NCBI RefSeq assembly: GCF_058153355.1
Contig: NZ_CM177019.1
Reading direction: 5' to 3' (one strand)
Length of the DNA: 64,000 nt
Below the pieces are notes generated by a model. The model did not search any database, had not been told where the DNA came from, and saw nothing but the letters and a program-made list of their open reading frames with translations. This document shows, in pieces, positions 43,481-54,609 of this stretch. The translations under genes were made by a program, and so were the position numbers. Numbering within the stretch: position 1 is the first letter of the stretch; each line of letters starts with the position of its first letter.

Positions 43481-44878
43481 ATGCATCATCTTTCAAGGCT
43501 TGATAAAGCCTTTCTGCGCAAAGGGATCCAACTTTCCCGCGCCAACAATATTGTTTCATTATGTCGTCCATCAGGAGCCAGTGCCCGCGTACTGCTGCCG
43601 GACGAACTGCCGCTGGAAGAAAAAGCAGTAACACAACTGCTTGATTTTGCAGAAGTGAAGCTACCAGACCACCCAGGTTATGTGCGCCAGACGTGCGCGA
43701 CGCCAGATTTTCATCCCGGCAATGGCGTCCCCGTTGGCGCGGTGGTGGCCTCAACGCCGGATTTAGTCATTCCCGCCGCCATCGGCACCGATATTTCTTG
43801 TGGCATGCGGCTGCTGACGACCGGATTAACACTTGAGCAAGCCGAAGCGCATAAAGACGTCATCGCTCAGCGGTTAACGCAAGTGCTACTGCAAAATGAG
43901 CGCGATGTTCCGTTATCCGCACAGGCGTTCACCGCGCTTTTTGATGGCGGACCGGCAGATTGCGTGTCGACCTTGCCATCAGCAGGTCTCTGGACACGCA
44001 CGAATATCCCCCGAATGGTACAAGAGATTGACCGCTGCATTGGGCTTAACGAGCATAACAGTCATTCGCGTTATGCCCCACCCGCCCTGCTGGCAACGGA
44101 CCGCGCATTACTCCGCGATCCTTGTCTTGGTACGCCGGGTTCAGGTAATCATTTTATTGAACTTCAGGTCGTTGATAGCGTGGTTGATCGCCATGTAGCC
44201 TGGCAACAAGGGCTGAAAACAGGCGATATTGTGGTGATGATCCACAGTGGATCGCGAGATGTTGGCTTTTACGTCGGAAGACGCTGGATGGATCGCGCCC
44301 GTGCTGAATGGCCCACCGGACATAAACATCCACAAAGCGGGTTATATGGTCTGGCAGGCGGACTGGCGGAGGAATATCTACAAGCGATAGGAATGGCGGC
44401 GCGTTACGCGTGGTTAAATCGCGTGACAATTGCCGAAATGGTGCGCGTATGTCTTGCCAATCTCTTTCATCAGGACAATTCGCATCTGGTGGTGGATGTG
44501 CCACATAACATCATCCTTCGCGAGCATGAAATGAATATTCATCGCAAAGGCGCAACACCGGCACGAGTGGGCAATCTGGCGTTAATCCCCGGTTCAATGG
44601 GCGATTATTCGTGGCTTGCGGTAGGTTGCGGCAACCCGGAGTGGCTGTGGTCTTGCAGTCACGGAGCAGGACGCAGCCAGCGTCGGCAGGCCATGCGCTC
44701 ACGCGCGACTGAAGAGTCAACGTTGCCGTGGCAATGCGTCACATTGCGCGAAGAACGGCGTATTGAAGAAGCGCCAGCTGCTTATAAAGATATTGGTCCG
44801 GTTATCGAAGCCCAACAAGAGGCCGGATTAATTCATCCAGCGGTTAGATTCCGACCGTGGTTAACGTTTAAAGCATAA
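43481..44878 (+). CDS. RtcB-family RNA ligase paralog, 465 aa
   Basis: Conserved RtcB blocks aligned by eye to E. coli RtcB: IPAAIGTDISCGM, GSGNHFIE, MIHSGSRDVG, IPGSMGDYS, CSHGAGR, AAYKDI. Confidence 0.8.
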   Translation: MHHLSRLDKAFLRKGIQLSRANNIVSLCRPSGASARVLLPDELPLEEKAVTQLLDFAEVKLPDHPGYVRQTCATPDFHPGNGVPVGAVVASTPDLVIPAAIGTDISCGMRLLTTGLTLEQAEAHKDVIAQRLTQVLLQNERDVPLSAQAFTALFDGGPADCVSTLPSAGLWTRTNIPRMVQEIDRCIGLNEHNSHSRYAPPALLATDRALLRDPCLGTPGSGNHFIELQVVDSVVDRHVAWQQGLKTGDIVVMIHSGSRDVGFYVGRRWMDRARAEWPTGHKHPQSGLYGLAGGLAEEYLQAIGMAARYAWLNRVTIAEMVRVCLANLFHQDNSHLVVDVPHNIILREHEMNIHRKGATPARVGNLALIPGSMGDYSWLAVGCGNPEWLWSCSHGAGRSQRRQAMRSRATEESTLPWQCVTLREERRIEEAPAAYKDIGPVIEAQQEAGLIHPAVRFRPWLTFKA

Positions 44879-44975
44879 AAAAGGCCATCATACGATGGCC
44901 AACCATGTCGAAACCGACAGCCCTTCGCCATTCCTGTAGAGGGAAGCGGCGAGGGCTATTTCTTATTACAGATAT
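44877..44975 (-). ncRNA. sdhX: sucD 3'-UTR-derived small RNA (SdhX-like) ending at an intrinsic terminator
   Basis: Minus-strand region after sucD stop ends ggccatcgtatgatggcc + U6; assignment rests on recalled position of SdhX. Confidence 0.45.
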
Positions 44976-45845
44976 TTATTTCAGAACAGTTTTCAGTGCT
45001 TCACCGATATCCGCCAGGCTGCGAACGGTTTTCACGCCTGCGGCTTCCAGAGCAGCAAATTTCTCATCCGCAGTCCCTTTCCCACCGGCAATGATGGCAC
45101 CCGCGTGGCCCATACGTTTGCCTTTCGGCGCAGTTACACCAGCGATGTAACCTACAACTGGCTTGGTAACGTGCTCTTTGATGTACGCAGCCGCTTCTTC
45201 TTCAGCGCTACCGCCGATCTCACCGATCATCACGATCGCTTCGGTCTGCGGATCTTTTTCGAACATTTCGAGGATGTCGATAAAGTTAGAGCCTGGGATC
45301 GGGTCGCCGCCGATACCGACACAGGTCGACTGACCGAAACCGTAATCCGTGGTCTGTTTAACCGCTTCATAGGTCAGTGTACCGGAACGGGAAACGATAC
45401 CCACTTTACCCGGTTTGTGAATGTGACCAGGCTGGATGCCGATTTTACATTCACCCGGAGTGATAACGCCTGGGCAGTTCGGGCCGATCATGCGTACGCC
45501 AGCTTCGTCCAGTTTCACTTTCACCGTCAGCATATCCAGCGTCGGGATGCCTTCAGTGATGGTGATAATCAGTTTGATACCTGCGTCGATGGCTTCCAGA
45601 ATGGAGTCTTTGCAGAACGGAGCCGGTACGTAGATAACAGAAGCGGTAGCGCCAGTGGCAGCAACGGCTTCACGCACAGTGTTGAACACCGGCAGACCGA
45701 GGTGGGTAGTACCGCCTTTACCAGGGGTTACGCCGCCAACCATTTTAGTGCCGTATGCAATGGCCTGTTCAGAGTGGAAAGTCCCCTGGCTACCAGTAAA
45801 GCCCTGGCAGATAACCTTGGTGTTTTTATCAATTAAAATGGACAT
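44976..45845 (-). CDS. sucD: succinyl-CoA synthetase alpha subunit
   Basis: 289-aa [48 protein letters not shown]... Confidence 0.95.
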
Positions 45846-47011
45846 TATTTCCCCTCCACTGCGGCAACAACCTGCTGAGCTGCATCCGTCAGACCTTTTG
45901 CTGCAATAATATTCAGGCCGCTGTCAGCCAGTTTCTTCGCGCCGAGTTCGGCGTTGTTACCTTCCAGACGTACCACGACCGGTACGTTAACACCCACTTC
46001 CGCTACCGCGCCGATGATACCGTCAGCGATCAGGTCGCAACGAACGATACCGCCGAAGATGTTAACCAGAACGGCTTTCACTTTGTCGTCAGAGAGGATG
46101 ATTTTGAATGCTTCGGTTACACGTTCTTTGGTTGCGCCACCGCCAACGTCCAGGAAGTTAGCCGGTTCGCCGCCGTGCAGTTTAACGATGTCCATGGTGC
46201 CCATCGCCAGACCTGCGCCGTTAACCATACAACCGATGTTACCGTCCAGCGCAACGTAGTTCAGTTCCCACTGTGCAGCCTGTGCTTCACGTGGATCTTC
46301 CTGCGACTGGTCGCGCATTTCACGCAGATCAGGCTGGCGGAACAGTGCGTTGCCATCAGCACCCAGTTTACCGTCGAGGCAGATCAGATCGCCCTGTTTG
46401 GTAATAACCAGCGGGTTAATTTCGATAAGAGCAAGGTCGCGCTCAAGGAAAATGGTCGCCAGACCCATGAAAATTTTGGTGAACTGTTGAACCAGTTTAC
46501 CTTCCAGGCCCAGTTTGAACGCCAGCTCACGCCCCTGATACGGCATCGGGCCAGTCAGCGGATCAAGCGCAACTTTGTGGATCAGGTGCGGAGTTTCTTC
46601 CGCCACTTTTTCGATTTCCACGCCGCCTTCAGTGGAGGCCATAAAGACCACGCGACGGGAACTACGGTCTACAACGGCACCAAGATACAGCTCTTTAGCG
46701 ATATCGGTCGCTGCTTCAACCAGAATCTGGTTAACCGGTTGGCCATTAGCATCTGTTTGATACGTTACCAGACGCTTGCCCAGCCAGTTTTCTGCAAAAG
46801 CACGGATGTCTTCTTTGCTGTTTACAACTTTCACACCGCCCGCTTTACCGCGGCCACCAGCGTGAACCTGACATTTCACTACCCACGGACCGGCACCGAT
46901 TTTTGAAGCGGCTTCTTCTGCTTCGCGTGGAGTAGTACAGGCATAACCCACCGGTGCTGGTAAGCCATAGCGGGCAAAAAGTTGTTTTGCCTGATATTCA
47001 TGTAAGTTCAT
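45845..47011 (-). CDS. sucC: succinyl-CoA synthetase beta subunit
   Basis: 388-aa [23 protein letters not shown]... (ATP-grasp). Confidence 0.95.
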
Positions 47012-47084
47012 GTGTTCTGTCCATCCTTCAGTAATCGTTATCTTTTAAACCGTAGACCGAATATTTCGTATCGCTTCCGGGTAT

Positions 47085-47255
47085 TGTCGGTCACCCGTAG
47101 GCCTGATAAGACGCGCAAGCGTCGCATCAGGCATCGCGTGTCGGATGCGGCGCGAGCGCCTTATCCGACCTACATTGATGGTCCCCGTAGGCCTGATAAG
47201 ACGCGTCAGCGTCGCATCAGGCTTCAATTGCCGGAGAAAGCGATAATGCCTCATC
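47085..47255. repeat. REP/BIME cluster between sucB and sucC
   Basis: Alternating GC-rich palindromes cgtaggcctgataagacgcg...cgtcgcatcaggc and gtcggatgcggcgcgagcgccttatccgacctaca. Confidence 0.6.
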
Positions 47256-47285
47256 CGGTCTACAGTGCAGGTGAAACTTAAACTA

Positions 47286-48503
47286 CTACACGTCCAGCAG
47301 CAGACGCGTCGGATCTTCCAGCAACTCTTTGATCGTTACCAGGAAGCCCACGGACTCGCGACCATCGATCAGACGGTGATCGTAGGACAGCGCCAGGTAC
47401 ATCATCGGCAGGATCTCAACCTGACCATTCACTGCCATCGGACGATCTTTGATAGCGTGCATACCCAGAATTGCGCTCTGCGGCGGGTTGATGATAGGCG
47501 TAGACATCAGGGAACCGAACACACCACCGTTGGTGATGGTGAAGTTACCACCGGTCAGATCCTCAACCGTCAGCTTGCCGTCACGGCCTTTAACTGCCAG
47601 CTCTTTAATTTTCTTCTCGATGTCTGCCATGCCGAGGGTATCGACATCACGCAGAACCGGCGTCACCAGGCCGCGCGGGGTCGATACCGCCATGCTGACG
47701 TCGAAATAGTTGTGGTAAACCACATCATCGCCGTCGATAGAAGCATTCACTTCCGGGTAACGTTTCAGGGCTTCAACCACCGCTTTCACGTAGAAGGACA
47801 TAAAGCCCAGACGGATGCCGTGACGTTTTTCAAACGCTTCACCATACTGCTTACGCAGATCCATAATCGGCTTCATGTTGACTTCGTTGAACGTGGTCAG
47901 CATGGCAGTAGAGTTTTTCGCTTCCAGCAGACGCTCTGCCACACGCTTACGCAGGCGAGTCATCGGAACACGTTTTTCGCTACGTGCAGCCAGAGCCGGT
48001 TGCGCCGCCGTAGTAGCTGCTGCCGGTGCAGACTCTTTCGCCGGGGCTTTCGCCAGATGTTTTTCCACATCTTCACGGGTCAGACGACCACCTACACCGG
48101 TGCCTTTAATGGCGCTGGCATCAAGATTGTGTTCAGCCAGCAGGCGACGGATCGCCGGGCTTAAGGCATCGTTGTTTTGCTCTTCCAGAGACGCCTGTTG
48201 GCGTTGTGCCGGAGTGGACGCTTTCTCTTCAGATTTGGCGCTGGTTTCTTTACCGGCGCTGTTGCCTTCACGCAGGCGACCAAGGATCTGACGAGACGTT
48301 ACGGTTGTACCTTCATCTTCCAGAACCGCATCCAGAATGCCGTCTGCTGATGCCGGTACTTCCAGTACCACTTTGTCAGTTTCGATTTCTACCAGCACTT
48401 CATCACGTACGACTGCGTCGCCGGGTTTTTTATGCCAGGTTGCGACGGTGGCATCGGCTACGGATTCAGGCAGGTCAGGGACCAGAATATCTACGCTACT
48501 CAT
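47286..48503 (-). CDS. sucB: 2-oxoglutarate dehydrogenase E2 (dihydrolipoyl succinyltransferase)
   Basis: 405-aa ORF with N-terminal lipoyl domain and Ala/Pro-rich linker. Confidence 0.95.
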   Translation of the reverse strand: MSSVDILVPDLPESVADATVATWHKKPGDAVVRDEVLVEIETDKVVLEVPASADGILDAVLEDEGTTVTSRQILGRLREGNSAGKETSAKSEEKASTPAQRQQASLEEQNNDALSPAIRRLLAEHNLDASAIKGTGVGGRLTREDVEKHLAKAPAKESAPAAATTAAQPALAARSEKRVPMTRLRKRVAERLLEAKNSTAMLTTFNEVNMKPIMDLRKQYGEAFEKRHGIRLGFMSFYVKAVVEALKRYPEVNASIDGDDVVYHNYFDVSMAVSTPRGLVTPVLRDVDTLGMADIEKKIKELAVKGRDGKLTVEDLTGGNFTITNGGVFGSLMSTPIINPPQSAILGMHAIKDRPMAVNGQVEILPMMYLALSYDHRLIDGRESVGFLVTIKELLEDPTRLLLDV

Positions 48504-48517
48504 TGTGTATCCTTTAT

Positions 48518-51319
48518 TTATTCGACGTTCAGCGCGTCATTAACCAGATCTTGTTGCTGTTTCTGGTGAACGGACATATACCCTACCGCCGGAGAGGCGG
48601 AGGCCGGGCGGCCTGCATAACGCAGAGAAGCCCCAAACGGAATCACTTCACGGAAATGATGCTGGCTGCAGTACCATGCGCCCTGGTTGAGCGGCTCTTC
48701 CTGGCACCAGACAAAATCCTTGACGTGAGCAAACTGCTGCAACACTTCCTGCATCGCTTTATGCGGGAACGGGTAGAGTTGCTCGATACGCACAATGGCG
48801 ACATCGTGTTGATTGTTCTTACGACGTTGTTCCAGCAGGTCGTAATAAACCTTACCAGAACACATCACTACACGCTTAACGCCCTTCGGATCAAGCTCGT
48901 CGATTTCACCGATGGCTGGCAGGAAGGTGCCGTTCGCCAGTTCTTCGAGGCTGGAAACCGCCAGCGGATGACGCAGCAGGGATTTCGGCGACATCACGAC
49001 CAGCGGACGACGCATCCCGCGCAGCGCCTGACGACGCAGCATGTGGTAAACCTGTGCCGGGGTAGACGGTACGCACACCTGCATGTTTTGCTCAGCGCAA
49101 AGTTGCAGATAACGTTCCAGACGCGCGGAGGAGTGCTCCGGCCCCTGCCCTTCATACCCGTGCGGCAGCAGCATTACCAGACCACACATCCGGCCCCATT
49201 TCTGTTCGCCAGAGGAGATGAACTGGTCGATAACCACCTGCGCACCGTTGGCAAAGTCACCAAACTGCGCTTCCCAGATGGTCAGCGTGCGCGGCTCTGC
49301 GGTGGCATAACCGTATTCAAACGCCAGCACTGCTTCTTCAGACAGTACGGAGTCCCAGACGCGGAACGCGCCCTGACCATTATGGATATGTTGCAGGGGC
49401 GTGTAAGTGGAACCGTTGGACTGGTTGTGGATCACCGCATGGCGATGGAAGAAGGTACCGCGACCGGAGTCTTCACCCGACAGGCGGACCGGAATGCCTT
49501 CATCAACCAGCGTGGCGTAAGCGAGGTTTTCCGCGCCGCCCCAGTCGAACAGTTTCTCACCGGCAGCCATTGCCTGGCGATCGCCATAAATTTTGGCAAC
49601 GCGAGACTGCATTTCAACCGCTTCCGGCACCGTACTGATACGTTTAGCCAGTTCCTGCAGGCGCTTCATCTCAACTTTGTTCGGGTACTCTTCGTCCCAT
49701 TCGTGGTTGAGGTACGGCGACCAGGTGAAAGAGTGCATGTTCATCGGACGCCACTCTGCTACCACGCAATCGCCAGCATCCAGCGCATCACGGTACAGGT
49801 TAACCATCTCGGTGGCATCTTCCAGCGTCACGACTTTTTCCTGCTCCAGCTTGTCAGCGTAGATTTTGCGCGGCGTCGGATGTTTTTTGATTTTCTGATA
49901 CATCAGCGGCTGAGTTGCACTCGGCTCGTCGGCTTCGTTGTGGCCGTGACGGCGGTAGCACACCAGGTCGATGAAGACATCACGTTTAAAGGTGTTACGG
50001 AAATCGAGCGCCAGACGGGTCACAAAGGCAACGGCTTCCGGATCATCCGCATTAACGTGGAAAATCGGTGCCTGTACCATCTTGCCGATATCAGTACAGT
50101 ACGGCGTAGAACGGGCATCCAGCGGGTTAGAGGTAGTGAAACCAACCTGGTTGTTGATAACGATACGTACCGTACCGCCAACTTCATAACCACGCGCTTT
50201 CGACATGTTCAGGGTTTCCTGAACCACGCCCTGCCCGGTCACTGCGGCATCACCGTGGATGGTGATTGGCAGCACTTTGTTGCTGCTCGGCTCATCGAGT
50301 CTGTCCAGACGGGCGCGAACAGAACCGATAACTACCGGGCTTACAATCTCAAGGTGAGACGGGTTAAACGCCAGCGCCAGGTGAACCAGGCCGCCATCGG
50401 TCTGGAAGTCAGACGAGAAGCCCATGTGGTATTTCACGTCGCCCGTGCCGAGGTGTTCTTTATGTTTACCGGCAAACTCGTCGAACAAGTCTTGCGGTTT
50501 TTTACCCAGCACGTTAACCAGCACGTTCAGACGACCACGGTGCGCCATCCCGAGAACCACTTCACGGGTGCCGCTATTGCCAGCATGGCGGATCATCTCT
50601 TTAAGCATCGGGATTAACGCGTCACCGCCTTCCAGCGAGAAGCGTTTTGCGCCAGGGAATTTTGCGCCGAGGTAACGTTCAAGGCCTTCAGCGGCGGTCA
50701 GTTCGCTTAAGAAGCGTTTTTTCTCTTCGCTATTGAAAGTCGCGCGACCAGACTCGATACGCTGTTGGATCCAGCGTTTTTCTTCGGTGCTGGTAATGTG
50801 CATGTACTCGGCACCAATCGGGCCGCAGTAGGTTTGCTTGAGGGCTTCCAGCAGCTCGCCGAGTTTCATGGTTTCTTTGCCGCTGGCAAATGAACCGACG
50901 TTGAAGGTCTCCTGGAAGTCTGCTTCGGTCAGATCGTGGAAAGACGGATCCAGATCGGCCACTTTATCTTGCTGCCACAGTCCCAGCGGATCGAGATTCG
51001 CATGCTGGTGACCGCGGAAGCGGTATGCGTTAATGAGCTGCAGGACTTTAACCTGCTTCACATTGGTGTCAGGGTCGGAGATCGTTGAAGAGTAACGTGA
51101 AGCGTCTTTCGCCAGGCGGCGGAAATATTCACGCGTTTGAGAGTGGAATTGATCCGGTTTGACTCCCGTACCAGGTAACTGCTGGAACGTCGAACGCCAG
51201 TTAGCGTCAACCGAGTCAGGATCGGTTAAGAAGTCTTCATAGAGCTGTTCTATCCAGCTCTGGTTTGCGCCAGAGAGGTAAGAAGAGTCCAACCAGGCTT
51301 TCAAAGCGCTGTTCTGCAT
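48518..51319 (-). CDS. sucA: 2-oxoglutarate dehydrogenase E1
   Basis: 933-aa [41 protein letters not shown]... Confidence 0.95.
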   Translation of the reverse strand: MQNSALKAWLDSSYLSGANQSWIEQLYEDFLTDPDSVDANWRSTFQQLPGTGVKPDQFHSQTREYFRRLAKDASRYSSTISDPDTNVKQVKVLQLINAYRFRGHQHANLDPLGLWQQDKVADLDPSFHDLTEADFQETFNVGSFASGKETMKLGELLEALKQTYCGPIGAEYMHITSTEEKRWIQQRIESGRATFNSEEKKRFLSELTAAEGLERYLGAKFPGAKRFSLEGGDALIPMLKEMIRHAGNSGTREVVLGMAHRGRLNVLVNVLGKKPQDLFDEFAGKHKEHLGTGDVKYHMGFSSDFQTDGGLVHLALAFNPSHLEIVSPVVIGSVRARLDRLDEPSSNKVLPITIHGDAAVTGQGVVQETLNMSKARGYEVGGTVRIVINNQVGFTTSNPLDARSTPYCTDIGKMVQAPIFHVNADDPEAVAFVTRLALDFRNTFKRDVFIDLVCYRRHGHNEADEPSATQPLMYQKIKKHPTPRKIYADKLEQEKVVTLEDATEMVNLYRDALDAGDCVVAEWRPMNMHSFTWSPYLNHEWDEEYPNKVEMKRLQELAKRISTVPEAVEMQSRVAKIYGDRQAMAAGEKLFDWGGAENLAYATLVDEGIPVRLSGEDSGRGTFFHRHAVIHNQSNGSTYTPLQHIHNGQGAFRVWDSVLSEEAVLAFEYGYATAEPRTLTIWEAQFGDFANGAQVVIDQFISSGEQKWGRMCGLVMLLPHGYEGQGPEHSSARLERYLQLCAEQNMQVCVPSTPAQVYHMLRRQALRGMRRPLVVMSPKSLLRHPLAVSSLEELANGTFLPAIGEIDELDPKGVKRVVMCSGKVYYDLLEQRRKNNQHDVAIVRIEQLYPFPHKAMQEVLQQFAHVKDFVWCQEEPLNQGAWYCSQHHFREVIPFGASLRYAGRPASASPAVGYMSVHQKQQQDLVNDALNVE

Positions 51320-51475
51320 CGTGATCCCTTAAGCATCTTTTTTATGCTTACTTCGCCGTGGATACTACCACGCACAGTGATGTGCGTGCCGGGGTTCACT
51401 TGCGAGCTCTTGTCTACGTAGTGGCTCGCGAAGGAACCTTTAAAAACTGTCTTAGTGTCAGGGGCAGTTTTTAAA

Positions 51476-51760
51476 GATTTCCTGCATTTCTTTTGTAGGC
51501 CGGATAAGGCGTTCACGCCGCATCCGGCGCTGTTTGCCTGATGCGACGCTTGCGCGTCTTATCAGGCCTACGATTCCTGCATTTCTTTTGTAGGCCGGAT
51601 AACGCATTCACGCCGCATCCGGCACTGGTTGCCTGATGCGACGCTTGCGCGTCTTATCAGGCCTACGATTTCTGCATTTCTTTTGTAGGCCGGATAAGGC
51701 GTTCACGCCGCATCCGGCACTGGTTGCCTGATGCGACGCTTGTGCGTCTTATCAGGCCTG
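51476..51760. repeat. three tandem ~95-bp REP/BIME units between sdhB and sucA
   Basis: Unit gatttctgcatttcttttgtaggccggataaggcgttcacgccgcatccggcactggttgcctgatgcgacgcttgcgcgtcttatcaggcctac repeated three times with a few substitutions. Confidence 0.7.
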
Positions 51761-51763
51761 GGT

Positions 51764-52480
51764 TTACGCATTACGCTGCAACAACATCGACTTGATATGG
51801 CCGATGGCGCGCGTCGGGTTCAGCCCCTTCGGACATACACTGACGCAGTTCATGATGCTGTGACAGCGGAATACGCTGAATGCATCGCTCAAACCGTCGA
51901 GGCGGCTGTCAGTCTCGGTATCACGGCTATCGATCAGGAAACGATATGCCGCTAACAAGCCTGCCGGGCCGATAAACTTATCGGGATTCCACCAGAAAGA
52001 CGGACAAGAGGTTGAACAACATGCGCAGAGAATACATTCATACAGCCCGTCGATTTTTTCGCGCTGCTCTGGCATCTGTAAATGCTCGCGAGCTGGCGGA
52101 TTTTGTCCATTATTCAACAGGTAAGGCTTAATTTTCTCATATTGCGCATAGAATTGTCCCATGTCTACCACCAAATCGCGGATCACCGGTAAACCTGGCA
52201 GCGGGCGAATCACAATCTTCTTGCCCGGCTGGTTGAGTGCCGAAATCGGGGTAATACAGGCCAGACCATTCTTACCGTTCATGTTCAGACCGTCGGAACC
52301 GCACACACCTTCACGGCAGGAGCGGCGGAACGACAGGCTGGGATCTTTCTCTTTCAACTGGATAAGCGCATCCAGCAGCATCATGTCGCGACCTTCTTCC
52401 GCTTCCAGGGTGTAATCCTGCATACGCGGAGCATCATCAACATCCGGGTTATAGCGATAAATTGAAAACTCGAGTCTCAT
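51764..52480 (-). CDS. sdhB: succinate dehydrogenase iron-sulfur subunit
   Basis: 238-aa ORF with Cys clusters (CREGVCGSDG, CILCACCSTSCP, CHSIMNCVSVCP). Confidence 0.95.
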   Translation of the reverse strand: MRLEFSIYRYNPDVDDAPRMQDYTLEAEEGRDMMLLDALIQLKEKDPSLSFRRSCREGVCGSDGLNMNGKNGLACITPISALNQPGKKIVIRPLPGLPVIRDLVVDMGQFYAQYEKIKPYLLNNGQNPPAREHLQMPEQREKIDGLYECILCACCSTSCPSFWWNPDKFIGPAGLLAAYRFLIDSRDTETDSRLDGLSDAFSVFRCHSIMNCVSVCPKGLNPTRAIGHIKSMLLQRNA

Positions 52481-52495
52481 TTTCCTGTCTCCGCA

Positions 52496-54262
52496 TTAGT
52501 AAGTACGAATCTTCGGCGGGAATGCCGGGCGCAGTTTCGGTTCCATGTTGACGCTTCGGCGCGTCATGGATTCCGACTCTGGCAGATACAGGGAGTGGCA
52601 CAGCCAGTTTTCATCATCACGATCCGGGAAGTCGAAGCGGCTATGCGCGCCACGGCTTTCGGTACGGAAGTTGGCAGAAACAGCCGTTGCATACGCCGTT
52701 TCCATCAGGTTATCCAGTTCCAGGCATTCAACGCGCTGGGTGTTGAACTCGCTGGAAGTGTCATCCAGACGGGCATTTTTCAAACGCTCGCGGATCACTT
52801 TCAACTGCTCAAGCCCTTTTGCCATCGCATCACCTTCACGGAAGACCGAGAAGTTATGCTGCATACATTCTTGCAGTGCTTTACGAATCGCCACCGGATC
52901 TTCACCATTACGGTTGTTGTTCCAGCGATTCAGACGCTCCAGAGACGCTTCAACATCAGACTCGCTGGCATCGCGCAGTGCACCCTGCTCGGCAATAGAC
53001 TCTTGCAGATGCAGGCCCGCTGCGCGACCAAAGACCACCAGATCCAGCAGCGAGTTGCCGCCAAGACGGTTAGCGCCGTGTACCGATACACAAGCGATTT
53101 CACCTACCGCGAACAGCCCCGGAACAACCACATCTTCGCCTTTCTCGTTCACCGTCAGCGCCTGACCGGTCACTTTGGTCGGAATACCGCCCATCATGTA
53201 GTGACAGGTTGGGATAACCGGAATCGGCTCTTTCACCGGATCGACGTGTGCGAAGGTACGGGAGAGTTCAAGGATACCCGGCAGACGGGATTCGAGAACT
53301 TCTTTACCCAGGTGGTCGAGTTTCAGTTTTGCATGTGGCCCCCACGGACCATCACAGCCGCGACCTTCACGGATTTCGATCATGATGGAACGCGCCACCA
53401 CGTCACGGCCCGCCAGGTCTTTGGCGTTCGGCGCATAACGCTCCATAAAGCGTTCGCCATGTTTGTTCAGCAGGTAACCGCCTTCACCACGGCAACCTTC
53501 GGTGACCAGTACGCCCGCACCTGCTATACCGGTCGGGTGGAACTGCCACATTTCCATATCCTGCACAGGTACACCTGCACGGATAGCCATGCCGACGCCA
53601 TCGCCGGTGTTAATGTGCGCGTTGGTGGTGGACTGATAAATACGCCCTGCCCCGCCGGTTGCCAGCACAGTCGCACGGGCTTTGAAGTAAACCACTTCAC
53701 CGGTTTCGATGCACAGTGCGGTACAACCAACTACCGCGCCATCCTGGTTCTTCACCAGATCCAGCGCATACCACTCGGAGAAAATGGTGGTGTGGTTTTT
53801 CAGGTTCTGCTGATAAAGCGTGTGCAACAGTGCGTGACCAGTACGGTCAGCTGCCGCCGCAGTACGTGCCGCCTGCTCGCCACCGAAGTTTTTCGACTGG
53901 CCGCCAAACGGACGTTGATAGATACGACCATCATCAAGACGCGAGAACGGTAGCCCCATGTGTTCCAGTTCCAGAATCGCTTCCGGCCCGGTTTTACACA
54001 TATATTCAATCGCGTCCTGGTCACCGATATAGTCCGACCCTTTTACGGTGTCGTACATATGCCATTCCCAGTTATCTTCATGGGTATTACCCAGCGCAAC
54101 AGTAATGCCGCCTTGCGCAGAAACGGTATGGGAACGGGTCGGGAAGACTTTGGAGAGCAGCGCACAGGTTTGGCCGCTCTGGGAAATTTGCAGCGCCGCG
54201 CGCATACCTGCGCCACCGGCACCAATCACAACTGCATCAAATTCTCTGACTGGCAATTTCAT
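52496..54262 (-). CDS. sdhA: succinate dehydrogenase flavoprotein subunit
   Basis: ORF 52496..54274; start at internal Met ([27 protein letters not shown]-binding GxGxxG) giving 588 aa; overlaps sdhD stop. Confidence 0.95.
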   Translation of the reverse strand: MKLPVREFDAVVIGAGGAGMRAALQISQSGQTCALLSKVFPTRSHTVSAQGGITVALGNTHEDNWEWHMYDTVKGSDYIGDQDAIEYMCKTGPEAILELEHMGLPFSRLDDGRIYQRPFGGQSKNFGGEQAARTAAAADRTGHALLHTLYQQNLKNHTTIFSEWYALDLVKNQDGAVVGCTALCIETGEVVYFKARATVLATGGAGRIYQSTTNAHINTGDGVGMAIRAGVPVQDMEMWQFHPTGIAGAGVLVTEGCRGEGGYLLNKHGERFMERYAPNAKDLAGRDVVARSIMIEIREGRGCDGPWGPHAKLKLDHLGKEVLESRLPGILELSRTFAHVDPVKEPIPVIPTCHYMMGGIPTKVTGQALTVNEKGEDVVVPGLFAVGEIACVSVHGANRLGGNSLLDLVVFGRAAGLHLQESIAEQGALRDASESDVEASLERLNRWNNNRNGEDPVAIRKALQECMQHNFSVFREGDAMAKGLEQLKVIRERLKNARLDDTSSEFNTQRVECLELDNLMETAYATAVSANFRTESRGAHSRFDFPDRDDENWLCHSLYLPESESMTRRSVNMEPKLRPAFPPKIRTY

Positions 54263-54609
54263 CACACACCCCACACCACAACGAATCCATAAATCACGTA
54301 AACCACCAGTGCAACGACAATCACCAGTTGCAGCATCAGGCGCAAGGCCAGCGGTTTAACGTAGTCGGTCAACACCTGCCACATGCCGATCCAGGCATGG
54401 ATCAAGATAGAAAACAGCGCCAGCAGGGTGAACACTTTGGTGAACGCAGAGGCGAAGAAACCAATCCAGACTTCATATGTCAGCTCGCCACTGGTAGCGA
54501 AAAAACCGACCATATAAATGATGTAAAGCGTCAGGACGATAGCGGTAGCGCGAACGAGGATGAAATCATGTACGCCATTGCGTCCTAATGCGGAGGCGTT
54601 GCTTACCAT
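54262..54609 (-). CDS. sdhD: succinate dehydrogenase membrane anchor subunit
   Basis: 115-aa hydrophobic ORF between sdhC and sdhA. Confidence 0.9.

Noticed and set aside
29116-44975. Island as an integrative mobile element or prophage
   Set aside because: No integrase, recombinase, transposase or phage structural gene is encoded, and no tRNA gene abuts the island (the tRNA array is ~10 kb away); replacement by homologous recombination in flanking core genes is more consistent with what is seen.
48206-50617. 803-aa ORF on the plus strand (also 47265..48164, 26359..27639, 52595..53953, 45105..45836 and similar)
   Set aside because: All lie antisense to well-supported core genes (sucA, sucB, cydB, sdhA, sucD); long antisense ORFs are a common artefact of codon-biased, GC-balanced coding DNA, and their translations are low-complexity with no recognisable domains.
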